Source: Candidatus Eiseniibacteriota bacterium
Lineage (GTDB): Bacteria > Eisenbacteria > RBG-16-71-46 > JABDJR01
DNA length: 64,000 nt
Direction: 5' to 3'
Assembly (NCBI GenBank): GCA_963762255.1
Contig: CAVXKA010000002.1
Location: 352,001-416,000, forward strand
Shown here: positions 38,121-47,220 of the stretch, piece after piece
How the letters are laid out: every line of letters starts with the position of its first letter
How positions within the stretch are numbered: position 1 is the first letter of the stretch
Notes under the pieces: generated by a model
What the model was told of the DNA's origin: nothing
What the model saw: only the letters and a program-made list of their open reading frames with translations
Databases searched by the model: none
Program-made: the position numbers and the translations under genes

Positions 38121-39071
38121 ATGGCCATCCGGGGAAGCCTCTCCGAATTCTCGGTCGCGGAGATCCTGCAGCTCCTCGCGCTGCAGCAGAAGTCCGGCGT
38201 TCTGGCCCTCACGGACGGCGAGGAGCAATCGCAAGTGCTCTTCTTCGAGTACGGCCGGGTGATGGCCGCCGCCGATCGCCGCCAGGACGGGCGACATGCG
38301 TTTCTCGCCTACCTCATGGACAACTCCCTCCTCTCTCAAGATCAGCTCGAGAGCGTGGAGGACATCTGCCGCGCCACCGGTCATGACCTCTTCACGGTGA
38401 TGGTGTCGAGCGGGGTGGTGGGTCGCGATCGCATGCTCGACGAGATGCGCCGCCACACCCAGCGCATCGTCGACGACGTGGTGGACTGGAGAAACGGCAC
38501 CTACGAATTTTCCGGAGACGAGAAGAGCCTCCCGGTCCAGGGGATTTCCCTCAAGCTCAATCCGGAGGAGCTGCTCCTCGAGAGCATGCGCCGCAACGAC
38601 GAACTGGCCACGCTCAAGGAATCGATGCTCGCCCCCGACCTCGTGCTCGCCGCGGTGGAGGACGCCGACATGCAGCCGCTTCCACGCGACTGCATGCTGG
38701 CGCTCGGGCTCGTGGACGGCCGCCGGACAATCGAAGAGATCTGCGCCGTCTCCCCTCTCGGCGAGTACATGACCTACGACGCCATCTCGGAACTGCTGAG
38801 CCGCCAGCAGATCATGATCGTGGAGCCCGGCGAGGCGGAGCGATTCACCCCGCCCGCGGTGCAGTCACGGCTGCCGTCGTGGCGGGCGGTGGCGGCGGCG
38901 ATGTCGCTCGTCCTCGGCTCGCTTCTCCTGGGCTCGGGGCTGGCCCCACTGATGGAGCGGTCCGTCGGCGACGGCGGTTGGCTCCCCACCGAGGTCGAAG
39001 CGTCCCGCGATCAGATTCGCGCCGAAGTTCGCGCCGATGTGCTCGCCCTGCGCGAGACACTTCACCGCTGA
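38121..39071 (+). CDS. DUF4388 (PatA N-terminal-like) domain protein with C-terminal TM helix
   Basis: G.L.EFS..EILQL....KSG.L, W..G.YEF, LLLE..RR.DE, VDGRRT. Confidence 0.85.
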   Translation: MAIRGSLSEFSVAEILQLLALQQKSGVLALTDGEEQSQVLFFEYGRVMAAADRRQDGRHAFLAYLMDNSLLSQDQLESVEDICRATGHDLFTVMVSSGVVGRDRMLDEMRRHTQRIVDDVVDWRNGTYEFSGDEKSLPVQGISLKLNPEELLLESMRRNDELATLKESMLAPDLVLAAVEDADMQPLPRDCMLALGLVDGRRTIEEICAVSPLGEYMTYDAISELLSRQQIMIVEPGEAERFTPPAVQSRLPSWRAVAAAMSLVLGSLLLGSGLAPLMERSVGDGGWLPTEVEASRDQIRAEVRADVLALRETLHR

Positions 39072-39086
39072 GCGCGGCGCGCTCGG

Positions 39087-39659
39087 TCAGCCGGCGCGAT
39101 CCGAGCGCGCGCCCAGAATCCAGCGCGCGGCCTCGGCGACGTCCCGCACCACGGCATCGGCGAGTCCCCGCCGCATCGCTTCTCCCCGCGCCCGGCGTCC
39201 GTGGCCGGTGAGCACCAGTACCGTCGTCACCCCGGCATGTCGCCCCGCTTCGAGATCGGCGACGGTATCCCCCACCATGAACCCGTCGCGCGCTCGCACG
39301 CCGTAGTCTCGCAACCCCTCCCGCAGCATTCCCGCCGAGGGCTTGCGGCAGCGGCAGGGTCCGGTGAGGTCGGGATGATGGGGACAGTAGTACGCGCGCT
39401 CGATGCGCGCGCCCGCGCGTCTCGCCAACGATTTGAGCCGCCGATCCATGCGACGCAGCCCCGCTCTGTCGAGAAGGCCGCGCGCCACCGCGGACTGGTT
39501 CGAGACGACCAGCAGGAGGGCCCCACCCCGAGCGAGCGCGCGGAGCCCGACCGGCGCCGCACGGTAGAGCCGGAGCTGTTCGGGGCGCGCGGGATGCCGC
39601 GCGTCGGGAACGAGGGTGCCGTCGCGATCCAGAAAGACGATCCACCGGGAATCGTTCAT
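39087..39659 (-). CDS. gmhB: D-glycero-D-manno-heptose 1,7-bisphosphate phosphatase
   Basis: FLDRDGT, SNQS, CPHHP...C.CRKP, MVGD...D. Confidence 0.92.
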   Translation of the reverse strand: MNDSRWIVFLDRDGTLVPDARHPARPEQLRLYRAAPVGLRALARGGALLLVVSNQSAVARGLLDRAGLRRMDRRLKSLARRAGARIERAYYCPHHPDLTGPCRCRKPSAGMLREGLRDYGVRARDGFMVGDTVADLEAGRHAGVTTVLVLTGHGRRARGEAMRRGLADAVVRDVAEAARWILGARSDRAG

Positions 39660-40678
39660 GGCCGAGCCCTCATCACCCGCTCCAGTACCTCCAACAACTG
39701 ATCCACCGAGAGATCGCGCAGACAGCGCAGATGCTCGTCGCCGCCAAGCGGGCAACGGCGGCGAAAGCACGGGCTGCACGCGAGGCCGCGCCAGAGCGCC
39801 TCCCCCTCGTGGGGCTCCGGCCCGGTCCAGTCGGGGGTGGATGAGCCGAAGAGCGCGGCCACCGGGACTCCCGCCGCGCGACCCAGGTGGAGCGCCCCCG
39901 AGTCGTTGGTGACCAGCCCCCGACATCGAGAGAGCACCGCCACCGCATCCATGAGCCCGGTGGCACCGGTCAAGTCGAGAGCGCCGGCTTCGGCGAGCCG
40001 CGCGCCGAGGGGTCGCTCGGCATCTCCCCCCACGACGATCGTCGCCTCGCCCCGATCGCGCAGCGCGCGAGCGACCGCCTCGAAGCGCTCCATCGGCCAT
40101 TGCTTGGCGGGTCCGTACGCCGCTCCCGGCGCCAGCGCCACCGGCGCGCGGCCACCCAAGGGGGCGAGCAGTTCATCGGCACGAGCGAGCGAGCGCCCCT
40201 CGGGCTCGAGGCGAAATTCCGGTCGGTCGATCGTCGCACCGCCGGCCGCCGCAGCCAGCTCCGCATACTCTTTCCAAAGGGAGCGCGAGCGCCGCGAGGC
40301 CGGGAGCAGGTCGGTGAGGAGAAAACCTCTTCCCGGCCGCTGCCGCCCGAGGCGCAGTTTCGCTCCCGACAGCGCAACGAGGAGCGCCCCGCTCATCGCG
40401 TCAGTGAAGGTCACCGCCCGATCCGGCCGCCACCCGCGCACCTCGGAGCGCAACTCCCACGGAGCGCGTCCTCCGCGAGCCGGAAGGAGATGTTCGAAGA
40501 GATTTGCCGCGCGATAGAGGGGGATCACCCGCGGGTGCGCCACCCCCAGATAGTGCTGGGCTTCTCCCGGTAGAGCGCGTAGCGCGGGAAGCACCATCAC
40601 CGCATCGCCGATCCAGTTGGGAAGCCGCAGGAGCCAGCGCGTACCCGGTGAAGGAGGAGGCCAGACCGCTGCGGTCAC
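39656..40678 (-). CDS. waaF: LPS heptosyltransferase II (GT9)
   Basis: PNWIGDAVM, APGAAYGPAKQWP, TNDSG..H. GTG start overlaps the pspC stop. Confidence 0.9.
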   Translation of the reverse strand: MTAAVWPPPSPGTRWLLRLPNWIGDAVMVLPALRALPGEAQHYLGVAHPRVIPLYRAANLFEHLLPARGGRAPWELRSEVRGWRPDRAVTFTDAMSGALLVALSGAKLRLGRQRPGRGFLLTDLLPASRRSRSLWKEYAELAAAAGGATIDRPEFRLEPEGRSLARADELLAPLGGRAPVALAPGAAYGPAKQWPMERFEAVARALRDRGEATIVVGGDAERPLGARLAEAGALDLTGATGLMDAVAVLSRCRGLVTNDSGALHLGRAAGVPVAALFGSSTPDWTGPEPHEGEALWRGLACSPCFRRRCPLGGDEHLRCLRDLSVDQLLEVLERVMRARP

Positions 40679-41085
40679 TGCCGCCGGTACGCGAGGAGGA
40701 AGATGCCGAGCGCCGCGAGCACGATCGACGCCAACACTTTCAGGCTGACCAGGGACACGATGAAGCCGAGTACCTTCCAGAGGATGGGCAGAAGTCCCAG
40801 CGTGAGGAGGAAGACGCCGAGCACGGCACGCGGGCTCTCCGTGGCCAGCGGCGGCCCGGGAGCGCCCCCCTCTTCCTCGGGCTGCTCGGGGATGGTCACC
40901 CAGAGGACCGCGTAGACGATGAGGCCGATGCCCATCAGGAGGGTGGCCAGCACGAAGCCCAAACGTACCCAGACCACGTCCACCTCGAGGTAGGCGGAGA
41001 GGCCGCCGCACACGCCGGCGAAGACGCGGTCGTCGAAAGAGCGAAGGAGACTGCCCGGGCGCTTCATGGGTTCCACGGGGGGCAT
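40675..41085 (-). CDS. PspC-domain membrane protein
   Basis: RS..DRVFAGVCGGL..Y......VR, Y..LW..IP. Confidence 0.85.
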   Translation of the reverse strand: MPPVEPMKRPGSLLRSFDDRVFAGVCGGLSAYLEVDVVWVRLGFVLATLLMGIGLIVYAVLWVTIPEQPEEEGGAPGPPLATESPRAVLGVFLLTLGLLPILWKVLGFIVSLVSLKVLASIVLAALGIFLLAYRRQ

Positions 41086-41124
41086 TCTAAGAGACGTCCC
41101 GGCGGCTGTCGAGACACCGGTCGG

Positions 41125-43230
41125 TCATGGCACTCCGGGCCCCATGCGGGAGAGTTCCGCCAGCGCCTGCTCGGCGCGCCCGCGCTCACCGGACCGCGGG
41201 AACCTGCTCAGGAATTCCCCGAGCACCACGCGAGCCGATCCATACCGATCCGCCTCGACCAGAGTCCGAGCCAGACCGAGATACGCCGCTTCCAACGCCG
41301 GGTCGCGGGTCATCGCCTCCCGATAGGCGTCGGCGGCCTGACTCGTCTCGCTCATCGCCTCGTGGGCCCGCCCCAGATTGTAGGAGACCAAGGCGTCGGC
41401 GGGGTCCAACTCGTGCGCGCGGCGTAGCGCGGCCAGCGCCTCCTGCACCTGTCCGTTCCTGAGGACGACGACCCCGAGGTTCCCCCACGGCTTCGCATTC
41501 TCGGGATCCATGCCCACTGCCTCGCGCAGCATGCGCAGCCCGAGTTCCGTCTTCCCCTGACGTGCGAGCACCGTCCCCAGGGCGGAGAAGTACTCCGCGA
41601 GCCGCTGGTTGCCATGAAGCGAGGCGAAGAACTCCGGCGGGATTTGCGAGAGATCGCGCAGCGGCGCCTCGGGGCGGCGGCGCAGGATGCGAATGGTGGG
41701 ACCGAAGTATCGTCCTGCCGTGAAGACGGCTTCTTCCGAGAACGCGCGATCCAGAGAGGCATAGAAGGCGGCCTGCGCCGGGTACTCCCGCGTGTCGGCG
41801 AGGTAGCGATCGTCCACCTGCGAGGAGAGCACCACCGCGTCGAACGTCGCATAGAAGGGCGGCGAGTACGCGGGATCGTAGACATGAGGGGTGATGGAGT
41901 GGAAAGGAAGGTAGAGGACGTTGTAGCGCGATGCGTCGGGCTCGGGGCCGTAACGCTCGACAAGGAGCGTGCTCCCCTCGGAGAGATGCTCGGCGATCCA
42001 GCGCGCAGCGGCAATGCGGGAATCCTCCCGCCCGCGCACCGACACCGCCTGCACCGATCCGACCGCCGGCCATGCCGCCAGCAGCGCCGCCAGCGCGGCC
42101 GTCGTCACACGCCTCGCCCCTATCCGCTCCCCGAGCGCCGACCCGAGAAGCGCCACCCCCGCACCCGCCCACACCGCCACGACCGGAAGGAGAGGGAGGA
42201 TGTAGCGCGGCGCAGCCATCTTCCACGATCCCACGACGAGCCAGAGCAGCAAGGCGAAGACGGCGGCGGGAAGCGCGAGCCGCCGTGACGCGGGTCGGGC
42301 GAGCAACGCGGCGAGGCCGGCGAGCCCGCCGAGGGCGAGCGACGGCGTCCACCCCTCTCCGAGCGCCGTGCGCAGGTAGAACACCCAGGTGCGACCGCCA
42401 TCCAGCCCCAGATGGCCGATCGACATGTGGCGGCGTTCGAACGCGATGTCGCGCGCCGCCGAGGGCGCATCGAGCAGGACGTAGGGGGACGCCACGACAA
42501 ACACAAGGGCCGCGGTGAAGAGCGCCTGCCAGAGCCAGCTTGAGATCACGATCCCCGCCGGGCCCTCGCGGCGCGCACCCACGCGAAGCGCATGGGCGGA
42601 GACGAGCGCGGCAAGGAGCAGAGCACCGGGATACTTGGCGGCGGCGGCGAGACCGATCCAGACCCCGCACCAGAGATAGTCGGAGCGCTGGCCGCGCTCG
42701 ACGAGACGGGTGGATGCGGCCAGCGCGGCAGCGGCGAACAGCGCGAGGAAGATGTCGGGGCTGACGATCTGGCTCTCCACCACCGCCATCGGCGCCAGCG
42801 CGATGAGCACGGCCGCGGTCCAACCCGCCGCGTCACCGGCCAGCCGTTTGGCCATCGCGCGGACGGGCAGCACGAGAAGAGCCCCTGCGATCGCTTGAAG
42901 GCTTCGCCCCCACAGGGTGGCCCGGCTCAGGTCCTCGGCCAGGAGTTGACGGAAGTCGTTCAGTGAATTCACGGCTCCCGTGAGGCTCAACCAGAGATAC
43001 GCGATCGCCTGGGCGCCGAAGTTCAGGTAGAAGCTCAGGCTCGGATAGCGGAAGAAGTGGGGGTTGAGATCGATCGTCCCCCCCGGCTTCCCCCACAGCG
43101 CGATGGCCTCGCGGACCGGCGTCGCTTCTTCGAAGACCTGAGGGAACCCCCATCCAAGATGGGTCACCCGCACGGCCAGCGCGGCCAGCGTGACGAGTCC
43201 CAGAACCAAGGCTTCGGCGCGGCGTGTCAT
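41125..43230 (-). CDS. GT-C (ArnT/PMT-2-like) glycosyltransferase fused to C-terminal TPRs
   Basis: EE motif, LNPHFF.YPS, AAKYP, RY.LP, multiple TM helices, 4-5 TPR repeats. Confidence 0.8.
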   Translation of the reverse strand: MTRRAEALVLGLVTLAALAVRVTHLGWGFPQVFEEATPVREAIALWGKPGGTIDLNPHFFRYPSLSFYLNFGAQAIAYLWLSLTGAVNSLNDFRQLLAEDLSRATLWGRSLQAIAGALLVLPVRAMAKRLAGDAAGWTAAVLIALAPMAVVESQIVSPDIFLALFAAAALAASTRLVERGQRSDYLWCGVWIGLAAAAKYPGALLLAALVSAHALRVGARREGPAGIVISSWLWQALFTAALVFVVASPYVLLDAPSAARDIAFERRHMSIGHLGLDGGRTWVFYLRTALGEGWTPSLALGGLAGLAALLARPASRRLALPAAVFALLLWLVVGSWKMAAPRYILPLLPVVAVWAGAGVALLGSALGERIGARRVTTAALAALLAAWPAVGSVQAVSVRGREDSRIAAARWIAEHLSEGSTLLVERYGPEPDASRYNVLYLPFHSITPHVYDPAYSPPFYATFDAVVLSSQVDDRYLADTREYPAQAAFYASLDRAFSEEAVFTAGRYFGPTIRILRRRPEAPLRDLSQIPPEFFASLHGNQRLAEYFSALGTVLARQGKTELGLRMLREAVGMDPENAKPWGNLGVVVLRNGQVQEALAALRRAHELDPADALVSYNLGRAHEAMSETSQAADAYREAMTRDPALEAAYLGLARTLVEADRYGSARVVLGEFLSRFPRSGERGRAEQALAELSRMGPGVP

Positions 43231-43315
43231 CCAGAGATCGCTCCCCAGCGCGAGAAGGATTGCGCGGGCGCGGCCGGGGACCGGATACTTCCCTCGTCGG
43301 ACCCGTTCACGATGA

Positions 43316-43345
43316 AGCATAGGAACTCAGCAAGAGGACGGTCAA
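43316..43345 (-). promoter_or_regulatory. Candidate sigma70 promoter for GT-TPR/pspC/waaF/gmhB
   Basis: Minus strand TTGACC-N18-TATGCT. Confidence 0.55.
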
Positions 43346-43373
43346 GGAAGGCCGCGGCCGCCGAGGATGAACC

Positions 43374-45425
43374 ATGCGTGGCAAACCCCTTCTGATCTGG
43401 ATCTCCGCCGGCGCATGGGCGGCGCTGTGTTTGGGATCGATGCTGGCCGCCACCGGGGGCCGGCTTTCGATGCCCCTCGACGACTCCTACATCTTCTTCC
43501 AGTACGCCCGCCGGCTCGTCGGGGGAGCCCCGTTCTCCTTCCAGTCGGGGGACGGCGTGACCGCAGGCGTGACGAGCCTCCTCACGCTCTTCGTGCACGC
43601 GATCGGCTACCTGATTGGATTCCGAGGCGCCGCAATGTCGATCTTTGCACTCCTCCTCGGAGGTGTGGCGCTGGCATGGGCCGGGCACAGCGCGTGGCGC
43701 CTCGGCCGCCGTCTCTGCCCCCGGGTCGCGTGGCTTCCCCCCGCTCTCGTCTTGACCAGCGGACCTCTGGGGTGGGGCTTCATGAGCGGCATGGATCTTC
43801 CCCTCTTCGTCGCGCTGGCGCTCGCTTTCGCGGCGGACTGGCCCCAGCCCGACACGCGACCGTCTCGGAGGCTCTTCCTCTGGGGCGCCCTGCTCGGCCT
43901 TGCCCGCCCCGACGCGGTGTTCCTCATCGTGCCGGCCGTCCTCCTGGGTCTTTCCCTCCCCGGCCGGCGCACCTGGTGGGCAATCCCGCTTGCCGGTGGG
44001 GTCTTTCCATTCCTGCTGCAATGGGTGCTCACCGGGCGGCCGGAGTCGGCCTCCATGGACGTGAAATCGGTCCTCGGGACCCAGGGCCTCGCGGTGTCCG
44101 ACTGGCTCGCCGGGGGGCTCTCCTACCTGAGCACGACGCTGCGCGGGGTGATGGCCGGCGCGGCGGTGCAGGACGCCTCGGCGATTCGCGCGAACGACGG
44201 ATCGGGCATCGGGTTCTTCCTCGTCCCCTTCGCCCTGCCGCTCTTCCTTCTCGGGCTGCTCCCGGGATCGCTGATCGAGTGGCGCGCCAGGCGGGCGGGG
44301 ATACACGCTCTGCTTCTCGCCTGGGCTGTGCTGCTTGTGCTCGCGGTGTCCTTCACCGTCCCGCGCACCTGGCACTGGCATCGTTACCTCATGCCGGTCT
44401 ACCCGTTGGTCCTTCTCGGCGCAGCGATCGGAGCGGATCGGTTGGGTCGCGGCGTCGAATCGCTATGGCGGGAACTGCGCGAGGGTGACGGGGCGCGCCT
44501 GGTCGGCCTCGCGCTGGTCCTTCTCAGCCTCCCCGGCGCGGCCTTCTTCATCGTCGCCTACGGTCGAAACTGCGCCGACGTCCGATTCCAGCACATCGAG
44601 CTCGCGCAGAGCCTCAACTCGGGGGACCCGGGGGTGCCCCGCATTCTCGGTCTCCACGACACCGGGGCCCTCGCCTACTTCGGAAACTACCGAACCCTCG
44701 ACCTGGAGGGGCTCACGAGCGCGCGCTTTCGGGGACCGGCTCGGCTGGGCGCGGCCGGGGTCTGGGAAGAACTCGAGAGGATGCCCGCGACCGAGCGCCC
44801 GGACATGCTGGCGTTCTACTCGGGGTGGTTCGATCCCGTCTTCCTCCAACCCCATCGGCTGATTCACGCTCAGCGCATCTTTCGCCAGTCCATCGCGGCG
44901 GGGAATCCCCTCAACGTCTATCAGACGGACTGGAGCCTGGCGGGAGCGGGGGATTTGCCCCGAGACCCCTCCCTGCTCGCAGGCCTGGCCGGCGCGCGGT
45001 TGGTCGGGGTGCTGGATGTGGCCGATCTTGCAAGCGAGGCTGAGGCGGACTATCGCTACCGCATCCTGGACGGGGCCTACGAGAACCTGCTCCGGCGCCT
45101 GCCCGCCGCCGACGGAGTCGACGTCATGGACGGCGGGCGGGTGGTGAGCGGAGGCGAGACCTTCACCGTCGGCGGGATCGCCCCCGGCCGGCCGGTCGTG
45201 CTGGTCATGCGCTCGCACGCGTCTTTTCGTCTCAGGGTGGAAATCGGGGACGGGTTCCGCGGTATATGGTCCTCAGTCGCGGGAACGGCGGGGCTCTGGT
45301 CGGAGAGCGCCTTCACCGTTCCGGAGAGCGGCGTGCGTGGGGATCGGCTGACCGTACGGCTGTCCTCCGACGATCCGCATCATTCGGCCTACGGGTCGTT
45401 TCACTACTGGATCTACCAGCGGTGA
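43374..45425 (+). CDS. GT-C family membrane glycosyltransferase (DDxYI-motif, AftB-like)
   Basis: LDDSYIFFQYAR, G.TS, SGM.., ARPD, RY..P, D.GA..Y...D..GL. Confidence 0.7.
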   Translation: MRGKPLLIWISAGAWAALCLGSMLAATGGRLSMPLDDSYIFFQYARRLVGGAPFSFQSGDGVTAGVTSLLTLFVHAIGYLIGFRGAAMSIFALLLGGVALAWAGHSAWRLGRRLCPRVAWLPPALVLTSGPLGWGFMSGMDLPLFVALALAFAADWPQPDTRPSRRLFLWGALLGLARPDAVFLIVPAVLLGLSLPGRRTWWAIPLAGGVFPFLLQWVLTGRPESASMDVKSVLGTQGLAVSDWLAGGLSYLSTTLRGVMAGAAVQDASAIRANDGSGIGFFLVPFALPLFLLGLLPGSLIEWRARRAGIHALLLAWAVLLVLAVSFTVPRTWHWHRYLMPVYPLVLLGAAIGADRLGRGVESLWRELREGDGARLVGLALVLLSLPGAAFFIVAYGRNCADVRFQHIELAQSLNSGDPGVPRILGLHDTGALAYFGNYRTLDLEGLTSARFRGPARLGAAGVWEELERMPATERPDMLAFYSGWFDPVFLQPHRLIHAQRIFRQSIAAGNPLNVYQTDWSLAGAGDLPRDPSLLAGLAGARLVGVLDVADLASEAEADYRYRILDGAYENLLRRLPAADGVDVMDGGRVVSGGETFTVGGIAPGRPVVLVMRSHASFRLRVEIGDGFRGIWSSVAGTAGLWSESAFTVPESGVRGDRLTVRLSSDDPHHSAYGSFHYWIYQR

Positions 45426-45578
45426 GGCGCCGGAGGGTAACCCGAAAGGGTCTGTGCTAGACTTTCTTTGCACCCATGCCTCAGTCCTCGTTTGCCGCGA
45501 ACCGGTTTGCGCATCCCCCTCGGCGCAGCCTCAGCGCCCAGGATCGGCGCGGCGAAATTTCATGAGCCGGAGGAAATC

Positions 45579-47201
45579 ATGACCAAGATCAAGGTTCCCG
45601 CCTTGATGATCGCAGCCGCAGTTGTCATCGGGTTCGCGTTCGGCACCGTGCTCACCGGGCAGGTCCACGCGGAGTCCCAGGGCCTGCTGACCCAGCTCCG
45701 CGTCTTCTCGCAGGTGCTCCGATTCGTGGAGCAGAACTACGTGGAGGAAGTGGATTCCACGGAGCTCGTGCGGTCCGGAATCCGGGGCGTCCTCGAGGAT
45801 CTGGACCCCCACTCCACGTATGTCGACCCCGAGGCGTTCGATCGCATGAACGAGCGCAATACCGGGGAGTACGAGGGGATCGGCGTCTCGTTCGAGATCC
45901 GCGACGGCTGGATCACGGTCATTTCGGCCATGGAGGGAGGGCCCTCGGCCAATCTTGGCATCCGCCCCGGGGACCGGATCGTCAAAATCGCGGGCGAATC
46001 GGCGCGCGGGCTCGCCAACGAGGAAGTGGTCGGAAGGCTCAAGGGGCCCAAGGGGACCTCGGTGAGCATCAGCATCGCGCGGCCGGGACTCGACAAGGAA
46101 ATCGAATTCACGATCCTCCGCGACAAGATTCCGATCTTCTCCGTCCCATACGCCTTCATGCTGGACGATGGGGAGACCGGCTACATCCGCATGATCCGCT
46201 TCAGCGCCACCACCGCCGAGGAATTGGAGAAGGCCCTTGTTCAGCTCGAGGGACAGGGCATGAAGCGCCTCGTCTTCGACCTTCGCAACAACACGGGCGG
46301 CTTCCTGAACCAGGCCATCGAGGTCGCGGACAAGTTCATCGACGGCAATCAGGTGATCGTCTCGACGAAGGGACGCATCGAGGGCTCGTCCCAGTTCTAC
46401 TACTCCACGGACGCCACCACCCACCCGCGCGTGCCGCTGATCGTGCTGATCAATCATGGCAGCGCGTCTGCGTCGGAGATCGTGGCGGGGGCGATCCAGG
46501 ACCACGACCGCGGCGTGCTGGCCGGGGTGACGACCTTCGGCAAGGGACTCGTGCAGCGCCAGTTCATGCTCCCCGACGGGTCCGCGCTCCTTCTCACCGT
46601 GGCCCACTACTACACGCCGAGCGGAAGGCTCATCCAGCGCCCCTACACCGACCGCGAGGAGTACCTCGATCACTGGCAGAAGAAGGAGGACGAGCTTGCT
46701 GTGGCCGAGATGGACACCACCGGCAAGCCGCTGTCCTACACCCTCAACGAGCACCGTCCGGTCTACGGCGGGGGCGGCATCAACCCGGACGTGCGGATCA
46801 CCGCAGACTTCGATCTCAACGACGCCGAGATCCAGTTGGAGACGAGCCGCCTCTTCTTCGAGTTCGCGAACACATACGCAACCAAGCACATCGCCAAGGA
46901 TGCGATGACCGAGGACGATTTCATCCGTGACTACCGCCTTCCCGACGCGGCGGTGGCCGCGTTCGCCGCCGAGGCCAAGGCCGACACCTCGATCAAGGTG
47001 CCCGCCGGGGACCTGGCCAATGAGACGGAGTACATCCGGACCGCGATCAAGCGTGAGATGGCGGGAAATTTGTGGGGCCAGAGCGCCCGATACCGGGTGA
47101 TCCTGGCCGAGGACCCGATGATCGCCGCGGCGATGACGCACTTCCCGCAGGCGGAGCTCATGGCCAAGATCCAGGAGAAGGCCGCGGAGGGAAACCGCTA
47201 G
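45579..47201 (+). CDS. ctpA: S41 carboxyl-terminal processing protease with PDZ domain
   Basis: LDPHS, GIG, DLR.N.GG, SASASEIVAGA.QD, FGKGLVQ, YYTPSGR. Confidence 0.93.
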   Translation: MTKIKVPALMIAAAVVIGFAFGTVLTGQVHAESQGLLTQLRVFSQVLRFVEQNYVEEVDSTELVRSGIRGVLEDLDPHSTYVDPEAFDRMNERNTGEYEGIGVSFEIRDGWITVISAMEGGPSANLGIRPGDRIVKIAGESARGLANEEVVGRLKGPKGTSVSISIARPGLDKEIEFTILRDKIPIFSVPYAFMLDDGETGYIRMIRFSATTAEELEKALVQLEGQGMKRLVFDLRNNTGGFLNQAIEVADKFIDGNQVIVSTKGRIEGSSQFYYSTDATTHPRVPLIVLINHGSASASEIVAGAIQDHDRGVLAGVTTFGKGLVQRQFMLPDGSALLLTVAHYYTPSGRLIQRPYTDREEYLDHWQKKEDELAVAEMDTTGKPLSYTLNEHRPVYGGGGINPDVRITADFDLNDAEIQLETSRLFFEFANTYATKHIAKDAMTEDDFIRDYRLPDAAVAAFAAEAKADTSIKVPAGDLANETEYIRTAIKREMAGNLWGQSARYRVILAEDPMIAAAMTHFPQAELMAKIQEKAAEGNR

Positions 47202-47220
47202 GCGGCTCCGCCGGCACGAA

